Shown here piece by piece: positions 22,501-36,689 of a stretch of 64,000 bases of DNA; within the stretch, counting starts at the first letter, position 1, and every line of letters starts with the position of its first letter. The notes under the pieces are model-generated. The model was given only the letters and a program-made list of their open reading frames with translations. It was not told the origin of the DNA and ran no database searches. Origin of the DNA: Octopus sinensis. Its lineage: Eukaryota. The translations under genes were made by a program, and so were the position numbers. The DNA lies in the NCBI RefSeq assembly GCF_006345805.1, contig NC_043008.1, positions 33,108,001-33,172,000 of the forward strand. Direction: 5' to 3'.

Positions 22501-24930
22501 TCTATATATATATATATATATATCTAAAATGTAAAATAGAGATGTGTGTGTATTCACTTTTCATGTGAAAACTGCTTCACCAATTATTTCCATACTTGTG
22601 ATGCATGAATAATTTTACCTTGGACATATTATAGGATCTTCATTTGATTTTTTATTAAAAGTTTTTAAAAAGAAAAATATTGATTTTTATATTACATTCA
22701 CGTCTTTCAAAAATTTTAATATTTTTACTTCCGCTTTTCTAGCGTCAGTGACGTAACATATCTCTTTATGTATATCTCTCTATCTGTCTCTATCTCTCTG
22801 TAACATATCTCTCTATGTCTCTTGTTTTCACTTCCATTTTACAGACCCTATTCTTTTCACTTTCAATTTTCATACTCCATTGTTTAACTTCCATGTTATT
22901 GTTTTCACTGTAAGTCTAAGTTTTGAATCGCTCTTTACAAACAAACAACAACAAATTACTGACAGAACAAGTTCACAATTACTGATGTAAGTAATTTCAT
23001 AATCCGTACGGTCTTGTGTTTTCTTGTTGTTGACAGTTTCTTTCTGGTTCCTCTGATACTGGCTCTTTGGTTCACTGAGTGACAAATTTCCATTCAACTC
23101 CTACAATACTTTCTTTTCTATTAAAATTTCTTATTTACTTTCTGCCATCATATTAAGAACTACAAATTTATGCCACCCAACACAATTTCCATGATCATAA
23201 CTTTCAGAATTATGGATACTTTTTAATAAAATTTTCAACGAATGTGTTCTATCATGTTAATTTCGAATATATAAAATTTGTGGGGTAACTGGTTTAGGAG
23301 GGGGTGGGGATTTTCTGAAAATTCACCCAAGACTACTTCAATTCGTCTTAACTTCCAAGAAAATTGATATTTTTTAATGGAATTCTCAACATTAGATTCA
23401 CTTCTTTAAAAAGATTTCTCAATGTAAACTTTTGACATAAAAACGGCAAAGTCTCTCCCTGTCTAAATTTTAATGTTTTCATTTCAAGTTTTAATTCGCT
23501 ATTTGTAAACAACTACAATAAATTATTGAAAGAAATATTTACTAAATTCACAAATTTAAATATTTGGTACAAGACACTTTTCAACGTGCTGTTATTTATT
23601 TTTTCATTCCATGTCCATCTCATTCATTGTTTGCAATATTCTCTCTCTCTCTCACACACACACTCCAGGTTTGATTTCTTTATTACACTAATATCATGTT
23701 AACAATTTGCAATTAAACATGTGGCGCCCAAAAAGTATGGACATTATTTTGCTGGAACTTGCACACTTTGTTTATTTACATAAAAATTTTTTTATTTATT
23801 TTCTTTTTCACACCATGTTCAGCTCTATGTATTTGTAAGTCACACATGCACACATCTTTGTACGTACGTTTGTATACATTTATGTATGGTGTGTGTGTCT
23901 GTGTGTTTGTGAATGAGTGAAGGGGTGTGTCGTCATGTAATCGTACATACATAAATACATATTTTCTGTATGTGTGTGTGTGTGAGAGAGTGATATCTAA
24001 GTGACACACTCTCTTTCTCTCACACACACACTGCCACTTCATCTGTGGTTTGATACTGTGTGTATGTGTGTGTGTGGTGTGTGTGTGTGTGTGTGTGTGT
24101 GTGCATGTGTGTGTGTGTGTGTGCAGGCAGCATTCCACGATTGTCAGAAAAAAGCAGAAGAATTTTCTTTCTTGATGCTCCTGGTAGCACAGGTAAAACA
24201 TTTGTAACATTACTTCTCTCCAAGGTAAGGCAACAAAAAAGAATTGCAGTTGCTGTACCATTGTCTGGCTTTGCTGTCACAATTCTCCCAGGGGGACAAA
24301 CAGCTCATTCTGCTTTTAAGTTACCACTAAACCTGGTCACAAATGACAGTCTAATTTGTAAGATAACCAAAGATTCAGGTTCAGCAGAAGAGTTGTGCCA
24401 ATGTCACCTTATCATTTGGAATGTCACATAGAGGCACAATGGAAGCTTTTGGTAAGACCTTACAGGACATCAGAGGCAACAATAAGAGGAGTTACATTAG
24501 TTTTATCAGGAGACATCAGACAGATATTACCAGTCATTCCGAGAGGAACAAGATCTGGTGAAATAAAAACATGCATTAAGTCTTCACATCTCTGGAATAA
24601 AGTTCTGAAATTCTCCTTCAACACTAACATGCAAGCTTCATTACATTGGGACCAATGTGCAAAACAGTTTTCAATCTGCCTCCTCCAATTAGGAAATGGG
24701 AAAGTACCACTTGATGGGAATGGTGATATCTGTTTGGCTCATATTGCTATCATGATGAATTCCCCAGCTCAATTGAAGAACAGGGTATTGCCAGACTTAA
24801 GTATAATTATAATTCACATGAATGGTTGTGTGAAAGGACAATTCTTAATCCCAAAAAATGAGACAGTAGCAAGAATTAATGAATAAGATTCCAACAGTCA
24901 TTAAGAAGTACAAATATCTGTAGAAAAAAA
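22501..24930 (+). mobile_element. Degenerate Helitron with PIF1-type helicase remnants (about 24130-24890)
   Basis: FFLDAPGSTGKTF, LPGGQTAHSAFKLPL and LSGDIRQILPVIPRG are Helitron helicase motifs; frameshifted; TC(TA)n start near 22501. Confidence 0.8.
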
Positions 24931-25689
24931 GGATTTAATTTTCTCAAGGTTATGAAAAAGCAAGTCTTTGGGGCACAACTGTGTAGATATGCCAAAATAT
25001 TTAGATATATATATATATATATATATATACAAGGATGTGTATAAAACTAACTCTGTAAACATGTATGTGTGTATAATTTGTATTGTTTCTGTATGCATTT
25101 ATACATGTATATGTGTAAGTTTCAGAAGATATTAGAATAATGGAATAAAAGTCAGTCATAAGAAGAGATCTCCCAAAAATCTATTTGCTTAATTTTTAAC
25201 TACATTTTCTGGCACACATATTGACACAATTTTGATTTTGAAGTATTTAAGAAATTATTTGGAAATTATAAAGAGAAACGAACGGTAGACTCAGACTGTC
25301 CGTATTTTAAAAAATTTTGTGTGTCAAATTTTTTCTCCAGAACTTCATAGCTTCATAGGAATAAGCATGGAAAACCGCATCAAGATAACCAATTTTCAAA
25401 TTTTTTATTCCCTTTTAAAAAAATGCAGATTTTGTAAATGAAACAAACTAGATCCTGAATAAGAAATGAATGTTTATAATGACAAATTTTCAGATTTTTT
25501 TTTTTACGTCATTTTAAAACGGGTCTGATTTTGTGACTCAAACCAACTAGATTCAAGTACAGTGAATACCATCCTCCTCAATTTGCTACTCATACAAAGT
25601 ACATATGTATTTTAACATATGTATTTCTATCAAATACACTCTCTTTCTTAAGCATAAAAAAAACCTCTTACCAGGTGACAACTTATATG

Positions 25690-25950
25690 ACAGATTGTTG
25701 CACAAGTTCTAGCTGTTTTGATAAGGGAAATCAGAAAAACTTGAAATGATTTCATCAGCATTTACTTGTACCAAAGAGCACTCTTTCAATAGACAACATG
25801 TTGATCTCATAAGTGGTAGAAATAAACACAATTCATTATTTCGTTCTTTTGCATTTCAGTATGAAAATCTATACTCCTGACTGTGTACAAGTGCATATGT
25901 AAAATGACGTCCTTTATTTTTTAATCATTATCTGCTAATATCAAAATAAG
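25690..25950 (-). mobile_element. Possible hAT transposase C-terminal remnant
   Basis: MRSTC, MLSIE and VNADEIISSFS across frames resemble LRSTM...LAMLSIE...LDYDEII; several stops. Confidence 0.35.
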
Positions 25951-25989
25951 TAGTATATTGAAACATAAAAATATTTTCTAAGGTGGGGG

Positions 25990-26720
25990 AGGGCCATTTG
26001 TGACTCCAAGGGTCAAAAGGGGAGCTTTGACCAAAATGGGGTGAGAACCTTTGATGCGTATCACAGTATCGACCAGACCATCAGATGCTATTTTATACTG
26101 CTGGTCACAATACACTTCCAATTCTGTCTTAATTATGCCATTCTTTTCCATTTTGGCCCAAATCACTCAACTAAATCATCTTCCCATTGTTGTGGAAGCC
26201 TTTCAAGTAGTTTTGCCTGGTCTCTTGGACACCACTCAGCAATTATGCAGGTCCACCTGTTATCTGTGAGCTTTGCGACATGTCTGGCCCAGTGGAACTT
26301 CTGCTTTCGGTATTCTGTATTTCGGTATTCACATTATCTCATTTCAAATATAACCTCATAATGATAATCCTAGATTGGATGTTTCCATGGTCCTTTGCAT
26401 TATAGCCAATCAAAGTTCTATCTCTTTCATAGTAGCCGCATCTCACTTGTATATAAGGGCACAGGTAGGATGATTCTGTTGAAGTGTCTGGCATGTATGG
26501 TATTGTCTGTCTTTGCTTCGAGCACATTCTGTGAAGTAAATGCCTTTCATCCGATCATTATTCCTTTGGAGATTTCAGCATCCATACCTCAGTGCATATT
26601 CACTGTGTGCCCAAATCAGGAGTACTTCTTTACCTTCTCAATCTCATCACTTTTCACCTCTATTTGATTTTGTGCCACATCTTTTGACTGCATATATTTT
26701 GCTTTCATGCGGTTCATTTT
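25990..26720 (-). mobile_element. RTE-clade LINE C-terminal remnant (second family)
   Basis: HWARHVAKLTDNRWT...EWCPRD resembles WAGHVARMxDNRWT...EWxPR. Confidence 0.65.
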
Positions 26721-27201
26721 AAGGCCCGCTGCTAAGCTATGAGGTGGATTTTCTATGGCCAGATACCATTCCTGTTGTCCACTTCACTTGTTTCTCCATG
26801 GCCAGACGTTTTCATGGAAGGTTAGAAATGAAAAATGTTGCTTGCATGACAGTGATACTTGCTTAGCACTATCACAAGATGTCAAGGCAAGGAGTCAGTA
26901 ACCCAAACACACACTCACACACACACACACGCAGCAATGTTTATATGCATCCACTACTGGTTGCATATCCTTGACTTTTTGCACACTCCGTCTGCCAACA
27001 TTACAACTATTACATAACTCTGAGCCCCCAGAAACAGCTGTTGGACCTGAGATACCATGCCCTCTCCCCTTAGTTTTCTGTACTTCTTGTACTCCATATA
27101 AATCTGTTCTGTAAATATATACATATTTATATGCTTATACATGAATGTTCATCTGAGCATTTTCAGTGTTTGTTTCTCTCTATACATAGCCCTATATATA
27201 T

Positions 27202-27278
<77 letters not shown>

Positions 27279-27614
27279 GAAGATGCATGGCTCAGTGGTT
27301 AGAGCATCGAGCTTACAATTGTGAGGTTGTGAGATCAAATCCCGGACCGGGCTGCATGTTGTGTTCTTGAGCAAGACACTTTATTTCACATTGCCCCAGT
27401 TCACTCAGCTGTAAAAATGAGTTGCGACGTCACAGGTGCTAAGCTGTATCGGCCTTTGCCTTTCCCTTGGATAACACTGGTGGCATGGAGAGGGGAGGCT
27501 GGTATGCATGGGCGACTGCTGGTCTTCCATAAACAACCTTGCCCGGACTTGTGCCTGAGAGGGTAACTTTCTAGGTGCAATCCCATGGTCTGTGTCGTGA
27601 CCGAAGGGGGTCTC
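27279..27614 (+). mobile_element. CORE-type tRNA-derived SINE
   Basis: tRNA-like head gctcagtggttagagc, CORE-like gtgttcttgagcaagacactttatttcac; adjacent to (TA)n. Confidence 0.75.
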
Positions 27615-27644
27615 AGATATATATATATTTATATGATTACATAT

Positions 27645-27845
27645 ATGTGCAGGTGGCACGTAAAAAGCACCCACTACACTCACGGAGTGGTTGGCGTTAG
27701 GAAGGGCATCCAGCTGTAGAAACACTGCCAGATAAGACTGGAGCCTGGTGCAGCCTTCTGGCTTCCCAGATCCCCGGTCGAACCGTCCAACCCATGCTAG
27801 CTTGGAGAACGGACGTTAAACGAGGATGATGATGATGATGATGAT
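27645..27845 (+). mobile_element. Young 200-bp RTE-LINE 3' tail
   Basis: Nearly identical to 10360-10549; ends in (GAT)n. Confidence 0.85.
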
Positions 27846-28369
27846 ATATGTATGTATATTTTATATATCAAACCCAAGTGTGTTTATTTGCATCCTTGTG
27901 TGTGTGTGTGAGAGAGAGAGAGAAATGGAGAGAAAGGAAGAGAAATGGAGAGAAAAGAAGAGAAATTGAGAGAAAGGAAGAGAAATGGAGGTGCATGTGT
28001 GTGTGTGTGTGTGGTAAAGAATCAAAAAGTAAAAGACAATTTCTAAAGAAATAAACAAATATATAAATATTTTTTTAATATTTCAAAAAATAAAATTGAT
28101 TACGAGAAAATATAGGATCGTTTAAAAGATCAATTAATTATTCTGTAAATGACAGATGATATGTTAGAAACCAATTCACCATGTCAGCACTTCAGTGTGG
28201 ACATTTCCATGATGATATTAGTTGCTTATTTAACACTGTAATTTGTATTATAGATTATTGGTACAGCTTTAGACAGATATTATCAATTCCTAGAAACAGG
28301 CTGATATAGCCATGTCTGCAGAATTTTGTTGCCACAGGCAGTCACATCCTCACTGCCTTAAACCTCAGC

Positions 28370-28775
28370 TGCCATATCATCATCATCATCACTGCCATCA
28401 CCACCAACATCAGCATCATCATTATCAATATCACCATCACAATCATCATCATCATTACCACCACCATCATCTTTACCATCACCACCTCCATCATCATCAT
28501 CATCATCAGATACATATCTATACAGCTGCCACATCATCATCACCATCCTCACCATTACCATCATCATCATTGTCCTCATCATCACTATCATCAGATATAT
28601 ATCCATACAGCCCACATCACCATCATCCCCAACATCATTGCCATTATCACCATCACCACTACCATCATTATCATCATTATCACCGCCACCACCATTGACA
28701 TTATCATCACCATCACCACCACCACCACCATCACCATCATCATAACCACCATCATCACCATTGTCATCATCATCA
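28370..28775. repeat. Imperfect (CAT/CAC)n tract
   Basis: Visible directly; source of the poly-H and poly-D ORFs. Confidence 0.95.
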
Positions 28776-29273
28776 TTACAGATACATATCCTTATAGGCA
28801 TGGCTGTCTGCTTAAGAAGATAGCTTGGCAACAACATGGTCAGCAGTTTGATTCCAATATCTGGGATAAAACTCTTGTCATGCACTATAGCTTCAGGTTG
28901 ACCAAAGTCTTGTCAGCAAAATTAGGTAAAATGGAAACTGTGGGAGCTACCAGATGGACCACTCCTGTAGACTTGATCTATCAACTGGTTTAGCACAAAC
29001 ATCTGGTCTTTAGGGGTCTTTAGCAAAGTCCTTTCTGTTATTAGTATTTAGGTTAGGTCTCCTGTCTAAGGACAAGTTTCTCAGCTCCTCCTCAACATAT
29101 ATGTTGGGGTGTGACAGGCACAGGCATAGCTGTGTGGTGAGAATTTTGATTCCCAACCGTGTGCTTTTGTGTTCAATCCCACAGCATGTCATGATACTCG
29201 GACAAGTGTCTTGATACCTGGAACAATCAAGGCCTAATAAGTGGATTTGTTATGCAGAAACTGAAAGAAGCCT

Positions 29274-29316
<43 letters not shown>

Positions 29317-30074
29317 ATGCATGAGCTACTGTTTCCTTGCCTTGACATCACATGATAGTTGTGAGCAAGTGCCACTGTCAGGCAAGCAGCATCCTTCATT
29401 TCTAATCTTCTGTAAAGACATGTCTGCTCATGGGGAAATACCTTACTTGAAAACGAGAGTTGGCAACAAGAAGGGCATCCAGCCACAGAAAAACCAGCCT
29501 CAGTAAATTCCTTAACCCATGTGAGCATGGAAAAATGGATGTTAAAATGTATGTATATACACATCTATTTTCTTTATAATCCCCATTATTATTTTGTCAT
29601 CTGATCTGCTAAAAGCAGCACCGAAGTCTTTGTTTCAGATCACATATATTAAAATTGGAAGAACACTGGGTAATGTAATCCTAGGTATATTTTACTACTT
29701 AAAACAGAATGGTTATGTCTGGAATATCTTTGATCATATCAAAGGTCTGCTGGATCAACAATAACAAGGTATTGCTATACTCCTAGATACATTATGCCAG
29801 TTAAAATACGACAAGATGGTCACAACTAGAGCGTCTGTGATCATATAATAGGTCTGATGGATCAAGTTTAATCCAGGGTTAAATAACAACAATAACAAGG
29901 TATGGCTATAGTCCTAGATACATTATGCCGGTTAAAACATGACAGGATGGTCACAGCTAGACTGTTTTGACTATATGATAGGTCACATGGATCAAGTCTG
30001 ACTCAGGGCTAAACAACAGACAAAGTATGTGAATAATTAGTCCCAGATAAGGTGGTGAGCTGGCAGAATCATTA

Positions 30075-30468
30075 GCATAGGAGTGGCTGTGTGGTAAGTA
30101 GCTTGCTTACCAACCACATGGTTCTGGGTTCAGTCCCACTGCGTGGCACCTTGGGCAAGTGTCTTCTACTATAGACTAGGGCCGACCAAAGCCTTGTGAG
30201 TGGATTTGATAGACAGAAACTGAAAGAAGCCCGTCATATATATGTATATATATATATATGTGTTTGTGTGTCTGTGTTTGTCCACCCAACATCACTTGAC
30301 AACCGATGTTGGTGTGTTTACATCACCGTAACTTAACAGTTCGGCAAAAGAGACTGATAGAATAAGTACTAGGCTTACAAAGAATAAGTCCTGGGGTCGA
30401 TTTCCTCGACTAAAGGTGGTGCTCCAGCATGGCAGCAGTCAAATGACTGAAACAAGTAAAAGAGTAAA
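30075..30468 (+). mobile_element. tRNA-derived SINE, full-length
   Basis: Same head, body and tail as 19677-20077. Confidence 0.88.
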
Positions 30469-30869
30469 GTGAGTATGCCAGGCAAACTGCTTGGCAGCAT
30501 TTCATCTGTCTTTGCATTCTGAGTTCAAATTTCACTGAGGGTAACTTTACCTTTTATCCTTTCAGGGTCAATAAGACAAGTACCACTTGAGCACTGGGGG
30601 TCAATGTAAATGACTTACCCCCAACCCAAACTTGCTGGCCTTGTGCCAAAATTTGAAACCAATAATTAGTTCTAAGTAGGCTATGTCTGAATAAAAGGAG
30701 GGGTGGTCACATGTAGCATACTTTTGATTATCAGCCTATTTAATCAGAGATGATTTGGGTCAAAATACTCATAACAACATCATTGCAATTTTCATAATTA
30801 TAATATAATTTATCGTCATAATAATTATCATCAACAACAACATCAACACTATGACAACTGCTACTGCCA

Positions 30870-31200
30870 TTGCTAATATCATGACTTCAATCATCATAGT
30901 CTTCTCCACTACCACCTGTCACCATCTTATCACAATCATCCTCATCATCACCACCACTACTACTACCACAGTCACTAGTACCACTACTGCTATCATTATC
31001 ATTACAACCACCCCTACTACCAAAGTCATTATTGTCACTAGTACCATCTCCATCACTACTACTACTACTACTACTCCTACTATTACTACCACTGTCACCA
31101 TCACCAGCACCATTAACTATCACCACCCCCCACCACTGCCACCCTCTCCACTACCATTACTTCAGATCAGCATCACCTTCGTCACCTACATAACATTGTC
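30870..31200. repeat. Imperfect (CAT/CAC/TAC)n tract
   Basis: Visible directly; source of the Thr/Ile-rich ORF. Confidence 0.9.
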
Positions 31201-32201
31201 ACAACCATTTCCACCACTGCTGGCCAACAACATTACTGTTGCAAAATACAAATCACCACTCCCTCAAACCCCACCAAAAATCAACAAAAGAATCCTAGAC
31301 ATGGTCGTTTGCCTTGCTAGAAATAGCAGCCAAATTTCCCTCAGATCACACCCTTTGTCATCATCATTATCATCATTTAAGAACCACTTTTCCATTCTTG
31401 GATGAGTCAGCCAAAGCATATTTGAGACAGGTTTTCTATGGCTTGATGCTCTTCCTGTCACCAACTTTCACTTGTTTCCATGTAAGGCAATACTGCCCTG
31501 GGGCCAGACATGTTTATGCAGAATATTGGAAGTGAATGACACTGCTTGTATGACAGTAAAATTCGTTTACAATTATCATACACTATCAAGACAAAGAGAC
31601 ACAAACACACACACACACATACACAGGGAGACCCAGGAAGACATGGAACAAAGTACTGAAGGCGAATCTTGAGACATTAAGCCTTATGAAGTAGTAGTGG
31701 TGGTGGTGTTGGTGGTGGTGGTGGTGGTGGTGGCGGCGGTGTTGGTGTTGGTGGTGGTGGTAGGGGGGCGCCAGCAAAGGCAGCAGTAACAGCTGTAGCT
31801 GCAACAGTAGTAGTTGTATTAGCAGCAACAGTAGCAGTAGATCTAATCTCCCTTAAGCTAAAATAATTCTCCTGGAATTCCAATGTGACAGAGGACATGA
31901 AAACACATTTGGTACATTATTGTGGTTTTTTTTTTTTTGTTTTAACTTGTATGGCTTTATATTTTTGGCAGGAATATTTAGTTGTCTGCTCTCTACTTTA
32001 GAAAAACTACTCGCAGTTTCCAGCATGACATCTATTGCCAAGAATTACTTGTAAATGTCAAGACAGTTCACTAAGAGTTTATTTTCAAAGACAAAAGGAA
32101 TTAACTGCAAGGGAAAGAAGGAATTAACCGTATGCATGCATATATATATATATGCATGTAAGTGTGCATATTTATAGATACATTCACATGTATGCAATAT
32201 A

Positions 32202-32232
<31 letters not shown>

Positions 32233-32829
32233 AGGCAGAAAGAGAAAGTCAGAGTGAGGGAGAAAGAGGAGAGTGGGAGACATCTATCTAACATGCAGGT
32301 AATTTATCAAATAAGCTTTATAAAACATTATATACAGATGTATATTATCATAATCAGCATCATTATCATAAGCAGTAAGTGTGTCTTATGATACATATTT
32401 TTCTATGCAGATATGATGTAGATGGATCTGTTTTACAGCATAATACCAACTGTCTTCATATATGTATGACATGATGGTGACATGCAAAAAGCACCCAGCA
32501 TACTCTGTTAAATGATTGGTGTTAGGAAGGACAACCAGCCATAGAAACCATACCACAATAGGCAGTCGAAGTCCAGACAGCTCCCTGCTAGCCAGCGCCA
32601 CGTCAAACTGTCCAACCCATGCCAGCATGGAGAGCGGACATTAAACAATGATGATGAAAGACAGACAGACAAATAAACAGATAGATATGTATGTATGTAT
32701 TTATGTATACATTGTCAATTCTGTACAAGACATTGTAGATCTTTAGCTGGGCTAAAAAGTCACATTCGATCACAGCACCAGTAACAGTTAAGCTTCGTGC
32801 AATGGCCATACTCGATAACGACGGGGCAG

Positions 32830-35130
32830 CCATAATGTATGTATATATATAACTCTCTTTAACTGGTTTCCACTCAGGAGCTGCAGCCATACTGGGGCAT
32901 CACCATTGGCTTTGAAACCTCCTTTGGTATATGGCATTTGATGAATGCGAGAGTTTGATGCTGCTATCCTCGTCTGCTTCCTGCTGTGATATAGGCTCAT
33001 CTGGAATCTTTGTTTTGAAGACACCTACATCCACACCATACAGGTCTCTAGAGCTTTTGGGAAGGATATTGAAGAAGTGTGGGCCCTTGAAACCCAAACT
33101 GTTGCAGTATCTGGCCCTGAATCTTGATGGCGATGTCGCAACATTTGGCACTATGCAGTGGTGTCCCTTTCAGCTGTTTGTGTAACTTTCAATGTCAAAG
33201 TTTGGTACACTTCCTTCCAGGATTATCCAGATGTATATCACTGCATATCTTTCTCACCTTCATTCTAGGGAGTACAGTCTTAGCTTTTTCAGCTTTTCCC
33301 AGTAGCTGACATGTTGCATTGAGGTGGCTTTCTTTGTGTAGCTTCAGTGGATAACTTCAAGTTCTGCCATTAATTTTATACTGTGTGGTGACTATAGTTG
33401 GGAGCAGTAGTCTAAGTGGATGAGTACATACATCCTCCAGAGGACCATCATGGTTTCTTGCTCTCTTGTACTGAAAGTTTGGAGGAGCCATCCAGCCACC
33501 CATCTGCATTTTAATGCCAAATTAGTAATATGCACCTAGAAAGATACATCATTACTCATGTCAACGCCTGAATCATGCACTGATTTTAATAGCATTAAAC
33601 TGCAGGTTATTATCCTCAGACCATCTGTATATTGCATCCAAGTCCTGTCACAGGTTTGCAATATTTCCTGAGTATTGTATCCTCTGAGAGACTTTTATGC
33701 CTGTATAGCTAGCAACAGTGGCTATTTGAGCAGTTGAGGGCATGTGTGAGAGGGCCACTATGAATAGCAGTGGCCCTAAGACAATGCTCTATGAAACACG
33801 ACTCACTGTTTGTGTTTCATTAGAGGTGGCTCCATTGGCCACCACTACCTGACTTCTGTCTTTTATAAAGTCATGTAGCCAGCGGAGTTCTTTGCCTCTA
33901 CACCTATAACCAAGAAGACAGTAATAATTGATTACATCAACATCAAAGAAAATATAGTACTGGCCATAAATGAGGTGAATGCAAAGTCTGCTGGCTCTGA
34001 TGGATTCCCAGCAATCCTTCTCTAGTCATGGAAACAAGCCCTTGCAAAACCAGTGCAACTATTTCTCATAGCTTCTTTGCAAGTGGTAAGCTCCCAGGCA
34101 AATTGAAGGAGGGAATAATATGCCCTATCCACAGATGCAAAAAATTGAAGTCCTATCTCTTTGATCTCACACATCAGCCATGTCATGGAACTGATAGTCT
34201 GCAGGAAACTAATTGCATTCCTTGAAGAGAATGACTAACTGACTGATACCCAGCATCATTTTCAAGCAGATAGAAGCTGCCTGACACAGCTCTTACAGCA
34301 CTATGACTAGATGTTAAAGTAGCTGCTCAATACTCAAATTTAGACATGATATATCTCGACTTTGCAAAAGCCTTTGATAAAGTCAGCTATGGTGTGATAT
34401 GTCACACACTGCATGGCCTCAGCATAGTTGGAAAACTTTATGGCTAGTACTATATCTTCTTTGATGTCAATGTAATCAATTATTATTGACTCCTTGGTTA
34501 CAGAGCTCTACTGGTTTGTTTGCTTGTATCCTAAGCAGGTAGTGAAAACACTTTTGAACTGTTCATTCAGTATTTCACTCATCCTCATTGGGTTTCCTGT
34601 GAAGGAGCCATCCTTTTGGAAGAGGAGTCTTATCTTGTAGCATACTGAGGCCATTGCTTTGGCAAATTTAAAGAAAGCTTTAGGGTCAGACTTAATATTT
34701 TCTATAACCCAGGCCTCCTTGTCTGCTCTCATTTTTCATGGGACTGATGCAAATTTTCTCAATCTCCAAAAGTGTTGTTTTCAGGTGGGACTTTTCACTA
34801 CTTTTGAGATGTTTATCTGGGCAGTTTGTAATCTTTGTCCATTGTCTCATAAGAATTTTCTTCTCCCTAAGTATCTCATTCTTGTGTGTGTTGCCCTTGT
34901 ATTCTGGGGCAGATTTGTCACATGTGGCTTGCATTATGAACATGAATTGTTTGAGTTTCATGTCAATGTCTAGTGTGAAGAGATAGGCCAATCCTGTTTG
35001 AGGATCCCTTTTTCAATTGATTTCCAGATAGCTTTACGAAAGTTCAGACTGGAGAAATTTCAGGTGCTTCATATAGGCTACGTGGCTGCAGGCACCTTTG
35101 GTCCAGACATAAACAGCTCTATTATGTTGT
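32830..35130 (-). mobile_element. Degenerate CR1-group LINE ORF2 with an internally inverted segment (about 33922-34436 on +)
   Basis: Minus: NIKSDPKAFFKFAK, WLHDFIKDRSQ, YCNSLGFKGP; plus segment: YLDFAKAFDKV, RSCLTQLL. Confidence 0.8.
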
Positions 35131-35449
35131 GATCTGATATTAGTGTCGGTGTCACTTTCACATTATGGATAATGTCCATTTTATTTGTGAAGCAGAGATC
35201 CACTATATTATTTGTCCTCGTTGGTTGAAGCACAATTTAGGCACAAGGCCAGTAATTTCAGGGAGGGGCAAGTCTATTACATCAACCCTAATGCTCAACT
35301 GGTACTTAATTTATCAACCCCGAAAGGATGAAAGGCAAGGTCGACCTATGTAGAATTTAAACTCAGAACATAAAAACAGAAATGCCACTAAACATTTCGC
35401 TCAGCATGCTAACAATTCTGCCAGCTCACCATCTAACAATAATAATATT

Positions 35450-36320
35450 AACAAGAGCACTCAGAGAGCGTAAACCTCCATCAAGGCAACTTGATCAATC
35501 CCAATGGTAGTTATGGAGTGTGAAGGTGGGTGTGCAGGTCATGTTTGTAATGCTGTGTGTGTCATCTGCAGTGAGAATAGAGACTGTTTTCTCTATGAAG
35601 GCCTTTTTTAGTCTATCCACCTTTATATTGTCTTTACGACCATGAAGGTCTATAGTGAAAAATTTATCCATGCATGAAAGAAAATGGAAAGGACCTGCAT
35701 ATGGTGCTGTTAACAGAGGTTTAACAACATCATTATGCACAAAAACCTGAGTCCAAGAAGTAAAGCTTCCTTCAAGACAGAGCTAGAAATGCAATTGTCA
35801 AGTAGGTAAGAGGTTTTAAACAGGTGCAATATATTTAAAATTGGTAAAACTAAAAATTGCCGGGAATAAATTAAATTTATTGTGACTGCATATGTTAGTG
35901 TTATTTAATTTTTGAACGATTTTGGTGCCGTTTGTTTATGTAGTTTGATTTCTTTATGCATCAGTTTCTACTAAGACAGTGACGCGAGTAAAATTAATAA
36001 TAGAGAAACAAAGATAAAACTTTAGAAAAGCAACGCCACCACAACTTACATGGAAACCATGAGCATGCTTTCAAGAGAGATAATCAGAGATCATAATACT
36101 TCATGTAAAGTAAAGTAAATATAACAAATAATTCACAATTCTTGTCGAGTACCAGATCGATCCCAAAATCTAATCAGTTCGTGCTAGTCACAAGACCAAA
36201 CATTCCTGAAAGTTTCATCCAAATCCATCCAGTGGTTCTTGAGATATCTTGTCCATGTACAAACAAGCAAGCAAACACAACTGAAAACAATACCTTTGCC
36301 TTTGCTAAGGTGGAGGTAAT
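35450..36320. mobile_element. HINE-like element containing a Gypsy integrase C-terminal fragment (about 35495-35830, minus)
   Basis: Ends match the 13.65-13.97 kb element; interior PYAGPF...GRKDNIKVDRLKKAF is a Gypsy integrase-end (GPY/F) motif. Confidence 0.5.
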
Positions 36321-36689
36321 AATAGTAATGATTTCTAACAGAGATACAAGACCAGAAATTTAGGAGGACGGATGCAGTTGAGTAAACTGCCCCCTAAGTA
36401 CCCAATACTTATTTTATTGACTATTGAAAGATAAAATGCCAAGTTAATTTTGGAAGGATTAAACTCAGAATATAAAGGTACATACTATGTCTGAGCAGTG
36501 AAGAATTTTGTCCATTGTTCTACTGATTCTATCAAGTCATGCTCTTCATAATAAATAATAAGGATTTCTTGTACAGTCACAAGGTTTGAAATTTGGAGGA
36601 GTTTAGTCAATACCATTAATGGTATTGACTAAAAGTCCTCCTCCAAATTAGTCTTAAACTAATAAAGACTAGTACTTTAATTAATGACT

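Noticed and set aside
25672-25950. Strong donor CCTG|gtaaga and weak CTC1-like wording, considered as an exon or duplicated pseudo-exon
   Set aside because: Stops in all frames; the true homologous exons are at 42.4 and 40.3 kb; exons 9 and 10 join without it; better explained as a hAT remnant.
27279-27360. tRNA genes at SINE heads (also about 20000-20077, 30075-30150, 53530-53607)
   Set aside because: A/B-box-like heads run straight into SINE bodies, with no complete cloverleaf.
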